64,000 nucleotides of DNA from Blastocatellia bacterium (GTDB lineage Bacteria; Acidobacteriota; Blastocatellia; UBA7656). The translations under genes and the position numbers were made by a program. The notes beneath the pieces were generated by a model. The model made no database searches and was not told the DNA's origin. It saw only the letters and a program-made list of their open reading frames with translations. Of the stretch, positions 1-9,392 are shown piece by piece; position 1 is the first letter of the stretch; every line of letters begins with the position of its first letter. The stretch covers positions 192,001 through 256,000 of the forward strand of contig CAVXWP010000009.1 in the NCBI GenBank assembly GCA_963765495.1. Direction: 5' to 3'.

Positions 1-1
1 A

Positions 2-1036
2 ACGGCTCGCACCAAAGCGCAGGCCGAGGAAGCCGAGCGCCACATTCTTGCAGCGATCCATGACGGGAAATATACAGGAGGTTCAAAGACTCAAAAGACT
101 CTGAAAGAGTTTGCCCATGAGGTGTATATCCCCTGGGCTAAAGAGAACAAGACCTCGTGGCGCGGTGACGCTTCGATGCTCAAGGTATTGGTTCGAATCC
201 TTGGGAAAAAGAAGCTGACCGAAATAAGCCAGTTCGATGTAGAAAAGCTCAAGTCACACTTGCGAAAGACGCTCACCCGCAGAGAAACGCCGATGAGCGC
301 CTCTTATGTCAACAAACATCTCAAGATGCTTTCGAAGATTTTCCGATTGGCGAAAGTGAAGAACAACCCTTGTGATGAAGTGAAACGACTTGGGGGCGAA
401 ACAAAGCGCAAGCGGTGGCTCAGACCCGAGGAGAGAGAAAAGCTTCAGGAGGCGCTCCAGTCTCCGAGACGCGTTCTACTTGCTCAAGCCATAGAACTGG
501 ACCTCAATACCGGCTTGCGTCGTGGCGAGCTTTTAAGCCTCAAACCTGATGACATAGATTTCCATCGAGGCTTGCTGATGGTCAGGGCAGGCAAGACAGG
601 CGCGCGAGAAGTACCTATCAACACGCGCGCGCGCCTGATCTTATCTGACCTGGTTAGCCAGGCTTCAGCCTCGGGCTGGGAGTATCTGTTCACCAACCCA
701 CGCACAGGAACCCGAATCAAGGACCTCAAGAAGTCATTCAAGAACGCATTGAAAGATGCAGGGATTGAGGATTTCACTTTCCACGATCTGCGCCATACCT
801 TCGGGACAATAGCAGTAGATCGAGGAGCGCCGTTAACAGGCGTGCGCGATGCTTTAGGGCATACGACACTCGAAACGACTAATCGCTATGTACACGCGAC
901 AGACGAAGGAAAGAGGCGCGCGGTCGAAGCGGCCGGAGAGCCTCAGAGGAGCGGAATAGTGAAAATGCCAGAGTCCGGTCACAAGGCGGTCACAAAGGAC
1001 CAAAAGCGAGAAAAGAAGGTAGCCTTAAATGGTTGA
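2..1036 (+). CDS. Tyrosine recombinase / phage-type integrase (5' end lies outside the window)
   Basis: Frame is open from position 2. Catalytic set present: R (TGLRRGEL), K (AGKTG), HxxR (FHDLRH), H (LGH), Y (TNRYVH). Stops 9 nt from a tRNA 3' end. Confidence 0.95.
   Translation, partial: TARTKAQAEEAERHILAAIHDGKYTGGSKTQKTLKEFAHEVYIPWAKENKTSWRGDASMLKVLVRILGKKKLTEISQFDVEKLKSHLRKTLTRRETPMSASYVNKHLKMLSKIFRLAKVKNNPCDEVKRLGGETKRKRWLRPEEREKLQEALQSPRRVLLAQAIELDLNTGLRRGELLSLKPDDIDFHRGLLMVRAGKTGAREVPINTRARLILSDLVSQASASGWEYLFTNPRTGTRIKDLKKSFKNALKDAGIEDFTFHDLRHTFGTIAVDRGAPLTGVRDALGHTTLETTNRYVHATDEGKRRAVEAAGEPQRSGIVKMPESGHKAVTKDQKREKKVALNG
976..995 (+). repeat. Direct repeat CGGTCACAA x2, putative integrase arm-type binding sites
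   Basis: Copies at 976-984 and 987-995, about 50 nt from the tRNA 3' end. Confidence 0.55.
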
Positions 1037-1045
1037 AAAGAAAAG

Positions 1046-1118
1046 TACCCGCGGCAGGAATCGAACCTGCGACCTTTCGCTCCGGAGGCGAACGCTCTAT
1101 CCCCTGAGCTACGCGGGC
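1046..1118 (-). tRNA. tRNA-Arg, anticodon CCG (CCA not encoded)
   Basis: Reverse complement GCCCGCGTAGCTCAGGGGATAGAGCGTTCGCCTCCGGAGCGAAAGGTCGCAGGTTCGATTCCTGCCGCGGGTA folds as a cloverleaf. Anticodon loop CT-CCG-GA, T-loop TTCGATT. Confidence 0.97.
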
Positions 1119-1173
1119 TTAAATCGAAAAAACAGCATACAGAGGATCAACTCCTATGTCAATTTTTTGCTCA

Positions 1174-2640
1174 TTAATGATCGCTTCCGTTTGCGCGCGG
1201 ATAACGTTGCAAGATGCCTTCTTCCTTCATCAATTTCTCAATTCCATTTACATCCATCGGCAGGAAATCTGTCACTATTTCTGCCCCGTCTTCCTTAATA
1301 ATAATTACATCCTCAAGACGTATGTAAATTTGCTCTTCGGGTACTCGTAGCGCAGGCTCTATGGTAAAGACCATCCCGGCGCGTAACGGCTCTCCATAAA
1401 CTCCTACATCGTGTGTGGCCATTCCTACCCAGTGGCCAAGCGAAGTCTTCGGATTCTTCGCCGAATCCTTGTATAAAGCTACGAATTGCCGGGCCGCATT
1501 TTCATAGGCGGGCTTTGAGAATTTCGAGCGAGCCAGAATCTGCTCCATCTCGCGGGCGGCTTCCTCCTTGATGACCGCAGGCGTGACATCTGGCCGGATG
1601 GCTTTGAGGATAGCCCTGTAACAGCCTTCGTAAAATTCGTACAACTCGCGCTGCCACGCGCTGAAACGCCCGTTGACCGGCCACATCCGTGTCACGTCAC
1701 TCATGTAATAGCCTACATCGGGGGCAAAATCCATCAGAAGAAATTCGCCCTCTTTCATAGTCCGTTTGCCAGAACTGTAATGCGGGTACCAGGCATTCGG
1801 CCCGCTCGCTATCAGCGAATAGTAGGCTTCACCCTGCGCGCCGTTGCGGTAGTAGACGAATTTCGCTACCCCGTCAAGCTCATACTCTTTCAATCCCGGT
1901 TCGGTCGAGCGCATAGCTTCCATTATTGCCAGGGACGACAGGTAGGTGGCCTTGCGGATGAGGGCGATTTCTCGCGGGCTCTTTATCAATCTGAGACTAT
2001 CGAGCGCAGGCGTGAAATCCCTGACCTCGAACTGCGGAAACCTTGTGCGCAGCAGTTCGGCAAAATGGCCTTCGCGTGAGGGGCTCCCATCCCACGGGTC
2101 AGAGGCCGCATCGGCAACCGCCCGGACGGCGCTATCGCGGCTTGTGGCGAATCCTTCGGCAGGGCTGAACGGCGTGTAGAGCGTGCGCGCCGCCTGGCTT
2201 CTGGCGTACCTGCCGAGATGCTCACCCAGTTGATCGGTCGAAGAGACCGCGTCTACGCCACTGAGCTTGATTATTAGTTCAGCGTCTTCGGCCGACAGCG
2301 TCTTGCCCTCGTTTCGCTCTCGCCCTTCGTTGCGATGGGGCAGATAGAGAGTCGCCCGGCGCTGCGCGCCATCCAGAAGCAGGTAAGCGTGAGGCACCTC
2401 GATCCCGCACAAATAATAGAATTCATTTGACTGGCGAAAGCGGACATACCCGACGGGGCTGGACGCTCCCTGTATGACGGCAAGCCCCGACTCTCCGAGC
2501 GCGTCATAGGCTTTGGCTCGCCGCGCGGCAAACTCTTCGGGCGGAAAATCGGGCGTAAATATCGGGATGCCTTCCTGCGCGAGAATTGGCGCTGAACCAG
2601 ATATGAGCAAGAAAACTGCCAGCAAGCTTCTTTTGAACAT
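1174..2640 (-). CDS. Exported Xaa-Pro aminopeptidase (M24B)
   Basis: Signal peptide, AMP_N-like N-terminus (FRQSNEFYYLCG), metal-site motifs YMSDVTR, LGHWVGMATHD, TIEP, IRLED. Confidence 0.9.
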   Translation of the reverse strand: MFKRSLLAVFLLISGSAPILAQEGIPIFTPDFPPEEFAARRAKAYDALGESGLAVIQGASSPVGYVRFRQSNEFYYLCGIEVPHAYLLLDGAQRRATLYLPHRNEGRERNEGKTLSAEDAELIIKLSGVDAVSSTDQLGEHLGRYARSQAARTLYTPFSPAEGFATSRDSAVRAVADAASDPWDGSPSREGHFAELLRTRFPQFEVRDFTPALDSLRLIKSPREIALIRKATYLSSLAIMEAMRSTEPGLKEYELDGVAKFVYYRNGAQGEAYYSLIASGPNAWYPHYSSGKRTMKEGEFLLMDFAPDVGYYMSDVTRMWPVNGRFSAWQRELYEFYEGCYRAILKAIRPDVTPAVIKEEAAREMEQILARSKFSKPAYENAARQFVALYKDSAKNPKTSLGHWVGMATHDVGVYGEPLRAGMVFTIEPALRVPEEQIYIRLEDVIIIKEDGAEIVTDFLPMDVNGIEKLMKEEGILQRYPRANGSDH

Positions 2641-2898
2641 AGCAAGCTCTCCTCGAATCTATTTTCGATTATCCATTCCACTGATCGGTGATTTTTTGGT
2701 AGCCTCATACTACTTGGAATGTCAAAAGAAGAAAAGCCGCAAAAATCTTTAATTGCATCTTTATTTGCCGGGGTCAGTAAATTTCCGGGAAATTCTTTCA
2801 TCGAGCAATCAGTGGGTTCATGCGATCTCAGCAGGTCAATTCGAGAATTACACGGCCCTGCCTCTCCGCCCTTCATGCTCTTGAGAAAGGCGTCTCAC

Positions 2899-2927
2899 TT
2901 GAGCGGCGCGCGGTAATGTTATATAAA
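2899..2927 (+). promoter_or_regulatory. Putative sigma70 promoter of the LLM operon
   Basis: TTGAGC-17nt-TATAAA, 40 nt upstream of ATG 2967. Confidence 0.4.
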
Positions 2928-2966
2928 TCAGACCGCCGGAGACTGAGCGGGGCGGAGGTCCAAACA

Positions 2967-4121
2967 ATGAGATTTTTCTTCTTCCATCTGATGTCGTGGC
3001 CATACCTGCCGGATGATTTTGAAAAGCATTACGATTCGGCCTGGATATGGTGTCCGAATACTCTTTTCGACCCGGAAAAAGGCAGCCGTCTTTACAACGA
3101 ATATCTCGACACGCTGATCTATGCAGAAGAGATTGGGTTTGACGGCGTCTGTGTAAACGAACATCATCAGAACGCCTACGGGCTGATGCCGTCGCCAAAT
3201 TTAATGGCGGCGATACTGGCGCGTCAAACCAGCCGGGTCAAGATCGCGGTCATCGGCAACGCCCTGCCGCTTTACAATCCGCCCACTCGCGTGGCGGAAG
3301 AATTTGCGATGATAGATTGCATATCGGGAGGCCGGTTGATCGCGGGTCTCGTCGTAGGCGGAGGGCCGGAATACTTCTCTTCGGGCATCAATCCCACGTA
3401 CGCTCGCGAGATGTTCAGAGAGGCCCACGACCTCATAATTCGAGCCTGGACCGAGCCCGGGCCTTTTCGCTTCTTTTCAAAGCATTACAAACTGAACTAT
3501 GTAAACCCGTGGCCGCTGCCAGTGCAGAAACCGTATCCGCCCGTCTGGATTCCGGGTGTCGGCTCGCTTGAGACCATGGAGTTTGTGGCCAATCGCCGGT
3601 ACTCATACATGGGAATTCCCTATTTCCACATAGATGTATTCAAGCGCACATTCGACATGTTCCGCCAGGCGTGCCTGCGCGAAGGGTATGAGCCTGAGCC
3701 CGAGCAGATGGGGTGGGCAGTGCCTATCTATGTAGCCGAAACCGATGAAGAGGCGCGAAGGGAATTTGAGCCGAGCCTGTGGTATTTCGCAAAGAAGCTA
3801 TTGCTTGGCATCGGCATTACGCCGCCCGGTTACACTTCGGTGAAATCGGCCATGTCCATCATCAAGAATCAGGACAAGTTCCTGGCATCGGTGGAGACGT
3901 GGGATCAGATCGAGAAGGGCGTCTATGCCATAGTAGGAAGCCCGGCCACGGTGCGCGACAAGTTGATTCATTATCAAAAAGAGTTGGGCGTAGGAAACAT
4001 ACTGACCGGTATGCAGGTGGGGGCGGTTACGCACGAACAGGCTCGCCGGAGCATGAAATTATTTGCTGACGAGGTAATGCCTTATGTTAGACAAGCTCAA
4101 GAAGCTCCAGTACGGGCTTAA
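2967..4121 (+). CDS. Luciferase-like (LLM class) flavin-dependent monooxygenase
   Basis: Motifs AEEIGFDGVCVNEHH, PTRVAEEFAMIDCISGGR, PLPVQKPYPPVW, VGSPATV. Start moved to ATG 2967, which has a GGAGG RBS. Confidence 0.9.
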   Translation: MRFFFFHLMSWPYLPDDFEKHYDSAWIWCPNTLFDPEKGSRLYNEYLDTLIYAEEIGFDGVCVNEHHQNAYGLMPSPNLMAAILARQTSRVKIAVIGNALPLYNPPTRVAEEFAMIDCISGGRLIAGLVVGGGPEYFSSGINPTYAREMFREAHDLIIRAWTEPGPFRFFSKHYKLNYVNPWPLPVQKPYPPVWIPGVGSLETMEFVANRRYSYMGIPYFHIDVFKRTFDMFRQACLREGYEPEPEQMGWAVPIYVAETDEEARREFEPSLWYFAKKLLLGIGITPPGYTSVKSAMSIIKNQDKFLASVETWDQIEKGVYAIVGSPATVRDKLIHYQKELGVGNILTGMQVGAVTHEQARRSMKLFADEVMPYVRQAQEAPVRA

Positions 4122-4923
4122 GGTCAAGTGGTATCAGGCGACCGAAGATCACAGGCGAATTCTCGATCTCAACGGGCGCAAGGTCCAGATAATGGAAGGC
4201 GGCGAAGGCGAGCCGTTGCTCTATCTTCATTCGGCCTACGGCGAAAATCTCTGGCTGCCTTTTCATCAAAAGCTCGCTGAAAAATACCACGTCATAGCGC
4301 CCGCGCATCCGGGTTTTGCTCAGACCGAGGGACTCGACGAAATAGATTCGATGGAAGACATGGTCTTTCATTACCTTGACCTGCTCGATTATTTCGGCCA
4401 CGAGAAGATAAATATTGCGGGCGTATCGCTCGGAGGCTGGATAGCCGCCGAATTTGCCACCCGCTACCCGGAAAGGGTCAAACGGCTTGTGCTTGCCACG
4501 CCCGCCGGGCTCTGGCTCGACGCGCATCCGGTGGCCGATATTTTCGCAATGATGAGATTTCCCGATAAACTGCGCGAGGTAAATTTTCATGATCCGAATT
4601 CTTATCTGGCCCAGATGCTGTTTCCGGCTGAGACCAGCGAAGAGAACATGGCCGAAGCCTTCAAGGCCATGACGGCTACGGCGCGGCTGGCCTGGAATCC
4701 GCCCGGCCATAATCCGAAGCTTGCCGGAAGGCTTCGGCGCATCAAGTCTCCTACGCTGATAATCTGGGGCGACGATGACAAACTGATTCCCACACCCTAT
4801 GCCGAAGAGTGGAGCGGCCTCATCAAGGACTCTCGCGTTGTAAAGATAAAGGATTGTGGTCACATGCTGATGTTCGAGGGCGAAGAGGACTTCGTTCGAG
4901 CTACAACCGATTTTCTCGGTTGA
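4084..4923 (+). CDS. Alpha/beta hydrolase
   Basis: GVSLGG nucleophile elbow, WGDDD acid, CGH catalytic His. Overlaps the LLM gene end. Confidence 0.9.
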   Translation: MLDKLKKLQYGLKVKWYQATEDHRRILDLNGRKVQIMEGGEGEPLLYLHSAYGENLWLPFHQKLAEKYHVIAPAHPGFAQTEGLDEIDSMEDMVFHYLDLLDYFGHEKINIAGVSLGGWIAAEFATRYPERVKRLVLATPAGLWLDAHPVADIFAMMRFPDKLREVNFHDPNSYLAQMLFPAETSEENMAEAFKAMTATARLAWNPPGHNPKLAGRLRRIKSPTLIIWGDDDKLIPTPYAEEWSGLIKDSRVVKIKDCGHMLMFEGEEDFVRATTDFLG

Positions 4924-4958
4924 ACAAACCAGGAGTTGAATAAAACAGAGGAGGAGAT

Positions 4959-5396
4959 ATGCTAAAAGTTGGAGAAGAGGCGCCGGATTTCACCGTAAAG
5001 GCGCATACCGGCGAAGACGTAACTTTGAGCGATCTGCGAGGCCGCACGGTCGTCTTATGGTTTTACCCAAAGGCCGATACACCCGGCTGAACGGCCGAAG
5101 GCATTGGATTCCGTGATCGAATCCAGGAATACGCCGCCCGAAACGTCGAAGTGTTTGGTGTAAGCTTCGACACCGTAGAAGAAAACCGCGCCTTTGCCGA
5201 GAAGTTCGACTTTCCCTTCCTGTTGCTTTGCGATATAGAAAGAAAAATAGGCATGGCATACGGAGCCTGTGATGATCCATCTGCCGGGTACGCGCGCCGC
5301 ATAAGCTATGTGATAGACCCGGAAGGACGCATCGCTCAGGCAATAGAAGAGGTAAATGCCCGCGAGCATCCCCGAGAGTTGCTCGAAACGCTTTAG
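4959..5396 (+). CDS. bcp: BCP/PrxQ-family peroxiredoxin with probable selenocysteine (TGA 5088-5090, codon 44)
   Basis: GAGGAG RBS and ATG 4959 read MLKVGEEAPDF...WFYPKADTPG-TGA-TAEG and continue in frame into the 5151-5396 ORF (VFGVSFD, FPFLLLCD, RISYVIDPEG). The TGA occupies the C of PxxxTxxC. Confidence 0.88.
5105..5125 (+). promoter_or_regulatory. Putative bacterial SECIS hairpin
   Basis: 7-bp stem TGGATTC/GAATCCA with loop CGTGATC. The loop begins 21 nt after the TGA and has G at position 2. Confidence 0.65.
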
Positions 5397-5412
5397 TAGT
5401 TATAAGGATAAT

Positions 5413-5485
5413 TAGACAGGGTTAACAGGGTTTTAATTCTCTTTCAGAATCCCGTTAATCTTGTAAATCCTGTTAATCCTGTCTA
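5413..5485. repeat. 9-nt-unit inverted repeat element (ACAGGGTTA / TAATCCTGT)
   Basis: Lies between convergent genes. A related copy is at 36043-36096. Confidence 0.75.
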
Positions 5486-5498
5486 TTTTTTTCAACCT

Positions 5499-8400
5499 CT
5501 ATTGATCGTCGCCGTTGGCCGATTCCGGCTTTTCTTCCGAAGACGGAAGCCGCCCGGCGTCGAGATGATTGTAATTCAGCGCGGCGTTGAAGAGCAGAAA
5601 GAATGCTCCCTGAGTCTGATGCCGCCACATGGGATTGGTAGCAAACATAACGACGTGGCCTTCGCCTACGGGTACGTCAACGACTGCCGGTTTGCCGGCC
5701 AGTTCTTTCCCGCCCGCGAGCATCCCACTCACAAGCAATTTCTTTTCATCAGAGACGAACCTGAGCACGATGCGCGGCCTCATATTCAGCGGCGGAATCA
5801 GCGGCCCAAGCATCTCGCGCATCTCATCGGAGATTCCCGCTTCGCCCGGTTTTGCGGGCTCGCGCTTTGGCGGCGGTCCCGCCTGCGGCATCCCCTGAAC
5901 TATGTCGGGGTCTGTAAGCCCTCCGCGACCCGAAGGCCGCCCGCCTGAATTGCCACCGCCTCCGCCTCCGCCAAAGCCGCCCGGTAACGCGCTGACCTGA
6001 AGCAAAGGCCCCTGATTGAAATAGATCTGAAGCGAGTCGTCGTAGCCGTAAGCAATCGGGCTCTTGAGATCGGCAAAAGTAGCGTTGTAAACCGACCCGC
6101 GCGCGTTTAACTCTTTCGCATCCTGAACCGTCACGCCGGTCGTTATCCCGTAATCAATCGGCAATTGCGCGATGGTTGTTATGGGGATAAACAACCCGCC
6201 TTTTTCGATGAATTCCTGTAGATGGACCATGCCGCGCAGTTCTATGCCGCCGCGCATGTCGGATGTTTGATCTGGCGAAAACCCAAAGTTCGGCGTAAGG
6301 GCGGACAACTGCCACGGTATGGGGTCGCCGCGCTTCGGCGTTCCGTTTACGATTGACTGGGCCGAGCCTCCAACGGGCGGGAAGATGATCACATCATACT
6401 TGTCTCTGAGGTTTGGCGTATCGCGCAATGCGTGGACCGAGATGTACGAATAAGGTATCTGCAATCGGTCGAATTCGATTCTAAACCAGCCTTCGTTTTG
6501 AGTGTTTGTCCACGTGTGAACTATCGCTATGCGCGGCACCGCCAGATCGTGGCTTTTAACTTCGGGCATGCGTTCGACAGCCACCGCCGCAATCCCGAGC
6601 TCTGTTACCGCCTCTTCCAACCGCTTGCGAAGATCGGCGCTGTTGCCTTCGCTTTTGATGAGAAAAGAGCCCCGGCTGAATTCCTGGTTGCCGATCTTGA
6701 ATGATTCTTCGGCGGCGCTCATCTTCACATCCTTTAGTCGGAACCGCAGGGTCGCCAGCGTGTTGTCCGTATTGTGATTGATCACATATCCCGCGGGCGA
6801 AGCCGCGCCCGTGATTCGCCCCTTGACCGTTGCGTCGCCTGAAAGCAGGACCATCGGAACGCCCAGAACGCTTTGATCTGTCACGCGAACCGTCTTGACG
6901 TTTCGAAGCGCGCCGAGCGTCCAGCCGGTATCGTCATAGGGCCGGGGGTCTTCCACGTTGTAATACTGCGTATCCATCATCATATCGGCCATCCGCGAAT
7001 AAGGCTGATCCATGCGGATGATGTAAGACCCGGACGGGTATTTCTGATCCTTTATGGAGAACTCTTTCGTCGCCGTATGTATCTCTACACCCATCAAGCG
7101 GAGCAGATTTACCATATCGGCGGCCTCAACCGGGCGAGCGGTGTCGCCGGGGATGACATAAGCCGCCGGGCCTTCATTGGCCGCCTTGGCGATGGCGCGT
7201 TTGCTCTTGAGATAAAAATTGTTCAGGAACCGCTCCCGGTTGTTCGCCACGAAATTCATCGCAAACAATAGAGCCGACTCCTGCATGTTTATGTTGTTGC
7301 GCATTGACCATTTCACGCGGGCAAGCGGCGGGTTTGGCCTGAACCAGTCGCGACTGGATTGCCCGGTCACGGTGCGGTCGCGCGTGTCTGCGCCGCCGTT
7401 GCCGAATGTCTCGTAGAAACGGCCTATCGAGTTGTGACCGTTGGCTACGTAAAACATGTAGTTCGGTGCCCAGCCGTCATAAAATCCGTGGGTCCACACG
7501 CCGGGCACGCCGCGCTTTGTCATCTCTTCGATCTCGTGATAGGCGAGCAGGTGCCATTCGTCAATTACTATGGGATCGAGCCACGCATTGTATGGCCCCG
7601 TGCCTGTAGAGGTGTAGAGGAACGGGACCGATTCGTGCAGGTCGTGAAGCACCTGCGGATGGTATTCAAGAAATGTCTTCATCATGTTGCGCGTCAGCGC
7701 AAGCGCCATCCCGAGGCCGTCGCGGTTGTTGTCGTGCGCTACGTATTTGCCCCAGTAGAGCAGAGGCGGTGTGGCTTTGCCGGGGTTTGCCTTGCGATAG
7801 TCGTACAGATCAACCATGCGGTCGTGTCCGTCAACTTCGAGCGCCGGGGTTATCATAATAATAACGTTTTTTCGGATGGCTTCGATGAAGGGGCTGTCGG
7901 ATACGGCGAGGCGATAGGCAAGCTCCATGAGCATTTCCGGCGAGCCCGTTTCAGGCGAATGGATAGAGCCTGATGCCCAGTAGAGTACCTTCCCTTCTCC
8001 CATCATCTGTTGCGCTTCGGCCTCGCTCAGACGGCGGGGGTCGGCAAGCCTTCCCGTAATCTGTTTGTACCTTTCGAGCTTTGCGATGTTGTCGGCGTCA
8101 CTCACGACGACAAGCATCTGCTCTTTCCCTTCTTCGGTTCGCTCAGGAGATGTGAATACGCGCACGCGCGGAGTCGCTTTTTCAAGCTCCAGGTAATAGC
8201 GGTACATGTCCTTGGTATAGGTCAGCTTGTTGGGCGCGCCTATGACATACCCAAGCGCCTTTTCCGGCGTAGGCACCTTGTCGGATGCGGGCAGATGGTC
8301 AACCAGTTCGGTGAGAAAATATTTTTCGGTCGTGTATTCTTTGATCTTCGCCGAATACCCTTCATCAATGCGCGACGGGGAAGAAGACTGGCTCTTTGCC

Positions 8401-8525
8401 TTCTTCTGCGGACCGGGCAGAGCTACAGCCCCGTTTACGGTCCCGGCCAAAGGGGCTAGCCAGATTGCGCAAAGGGTGATGAGCGCGCACATTTGCCTGA
8501 TCGCGAGCAAGCGTCCTCGGTTCAT
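5499..8525 (-). CDS. Exported M14 zinc carboxypeptidase-family protein with large C-terminal region
   Basis: Signal peptide, HxxE (SIHSPE), NNRD, HDLHES. Start at ATG 8525 with GGAGGA RBS. Confidence 0.88.
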   Translation of the reverse strand: MNRGRLLAIRQMCALITLCAIWLAPLAGTVNGAVALPGPQKKAKSQSSSPSRIDEGYSAKIKEYTTEKYFLTELVDHLPASDKVPTPEKALGYVIGAPNKLTYTKDMYRYYLELEKATPRVRVFTSPERTEEGKEQMLVVVSDADNIAKLERYKQITGRLADPRRLSEAEAQQMMGEGKVLYWASGSIHSPETGSPEMLMELAYRLAVSDSPFIEAIRKNVIIMITPALEVDGHDRMVDLYDYRKANPGKATPPLLYWGKYVAHDNNRDGLGMALALTRNMMKTFLEYHPQVLHDLHESVPFLYTSTGTGPYNAWLDPIVIDEWHLLAYHEIEEMTKRGVPGVWTHGFYDGWAPNYMFYVANGHNSIGRFYETFGNGGADTRDRTVTGQSSRDWFRPNPPLARVKWSMRNNINMQESALLFAMNFVANNRERFLNNFYLKSKRAIAKAANEGPAAYVIPGDTARPVEAADMVNLLRLMGVEIHTATKEFSIKDQKYPSGSYIIRMDQPYSRMADMMMDTQYYNVEDPRPYDDTGWTLGALRNVKTVRVTDQSVLGVPMVLLSGDATVKGRITGAASPAGYVINHNTDNTLATLRFRLKDVKMSAAEESFKIGNQEFSRGSFLIKSEGNSADLRKRLEEAVTELGIAAVAVERMPEVKSHDLAVPRIAIVHTWTNTQNEGWFRIEFDRLQIPYSYISVHALRDTPNLRDKYDVIIFPPVGGSAQSIVNGTPKRGDPIPWQLSALTPNFGFSPDQTSDMRGGIELRGMVHLQEFIEKGGLFIPITTIAQLPIDYGITTGVTVQDAKELNARGSVYNATFADLKSPIAYGYDDSLQIYFNQGPLLQVSALPGGFGGGGGGGNSGGRPSGRGGLTDPDIVQGMPQAGPPPKREPAKPGEAGISDEMREMLGPLIPPLNMRPRIVLRFVSDEKKLLVSGMLAGGKELAGKPAVVDVPVGEGHVVMFATNPMWRHQTQGAFFLLFNAALNYNHLDAGRLPSSEEKPESANGDDQ

Positions 8526-8847
8526 GTTTTCCTCCATCAGATAAATTTTTAATGACTGGAATCGAAGTATAATCAAGAATCAAGCCGGGATAAATACGAT
8601 TTACGAGAATGGTAATTGAGCTTTGATGCGCAAGTTTAACGAGTTCATCCCTGTTTGAAACCCGAAGAAGTTGGCGAGGCGCGTTCGCGTCCGCGCCAGT
8701 GGAAGCACGGACACGAACTCGCCCGCCTGCCTTTTAAGACTCCAATCAATTCCACTTGGTTACAACTTTTTCGAGAATTATTAAACAGAAAAATATGCAA
8801 AATCTTGTTTGAACCGCGACTGTCTCACTCCATAGCCATCCGCTTTT

Positions 8848-8897
8848 CTTTGCGACTTTGCGGCTTTTCGTGATCTGTTGGTCGCAAAGCCGCAAAG
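8848..8897. repeat. 8-nt-unit inverted repeat element (CTTTGCG / CGCAAAG)
   Basis: CTTTGCGACTTTGCGGC ... GTCGCAAAGCCGCAAAG. Confidence 0.75.
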
Positions 8898-8971
8898 CAC
8901 GCCCGCCTACACTATGAATTTCCAGAGAATCAATGGCCCTGATGAGACGCTGAGCGGCTTATTAACTTTTA

Positions 8972-9001
8972 TTGACAGCCAGAGCGTATCTTGTGTACTC
9001 T
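8972..9001 (+). promoter_or_regulatory. Putative sigma70 promoter of the zinc-ribbon/rpsU unit
   Basis: TTGACA-18nt-TACTCT preceded by TG. Confidence 0.5.
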
Positions 9002-9142
9002 ATGCAGGTTGGAGATGATTCGATTTGAGCGAAGTTGCTGAATTGATTCTCTTGACTGGTCTGCGTCTTCGTTTTTTTTCGCCGCATCCCAGTATGGAAA
9101 ATTCAGTGGTGAAATTTTGATTGATCCGAGGAGACGGGGAAA

Positions 9143-9370
9143 ATGGAAGATAAGACCCTTGAGTGCGCAGATTGCAGTCAGCCATTTACTTTTTCGGCGG
9201 GCGAACAACAGTTTTATCAAGAGCGGGGTATGAGCGAGCCTAAACGCTGCAAACCCTGTCGTGAAGCGCGTAAGGCCCAGCGAGGCGGCGGCGGTGGTCG
9301 CGGACCTCGCAGAGGCAGCGGCGGCGGCGATGCCGGCGGCGGACGTGGCGGATCATACAATCGCTGGTAA
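9143..9370 (+). CDS. Small zinc-ribbon protein (CxxC...CxxC) with Gly/Arg-rich tail, probable RNA-binding
   Basis: MEDKTLECADC...FSAGEQQFY...PKRCKPCR followed by an RGG-rich tail. Confidence 0.85.
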   Translation: MEDKTLECADCSQPFTFSAGEQQFYQERGMSEPKRCKPCREARKAQRGGGGGRGPRRGSGGGDAGGGRGGSYNRW

Positions 9371-9392
9371 TAAATTTTTATGGAGGATTTGA

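Larger units (their letters stand above)
1..1045. mobile_element. Right end of a tRNA-Arg-integrated element (prophage, ICE or genomic island)
   Basis: Integrase points at the 3' end of tRNA-Arg. The rest of the element would lie left of the window. Confidence 0.7.

Noticed and set aside
1029-1298. 89-aa ORF following the integrase
   Set aside because: It is the antisense reading of tRNA-Arg and overlaps the peptidase gene end.
4959-5396. Peroxiredoxin as a pseudogene
   Set aside because: The stop is TGA exactly at the catalytic Cys, both halves are intact and a SECIS-like hairpin follows. Recoding is the more likely reading, though unproven.
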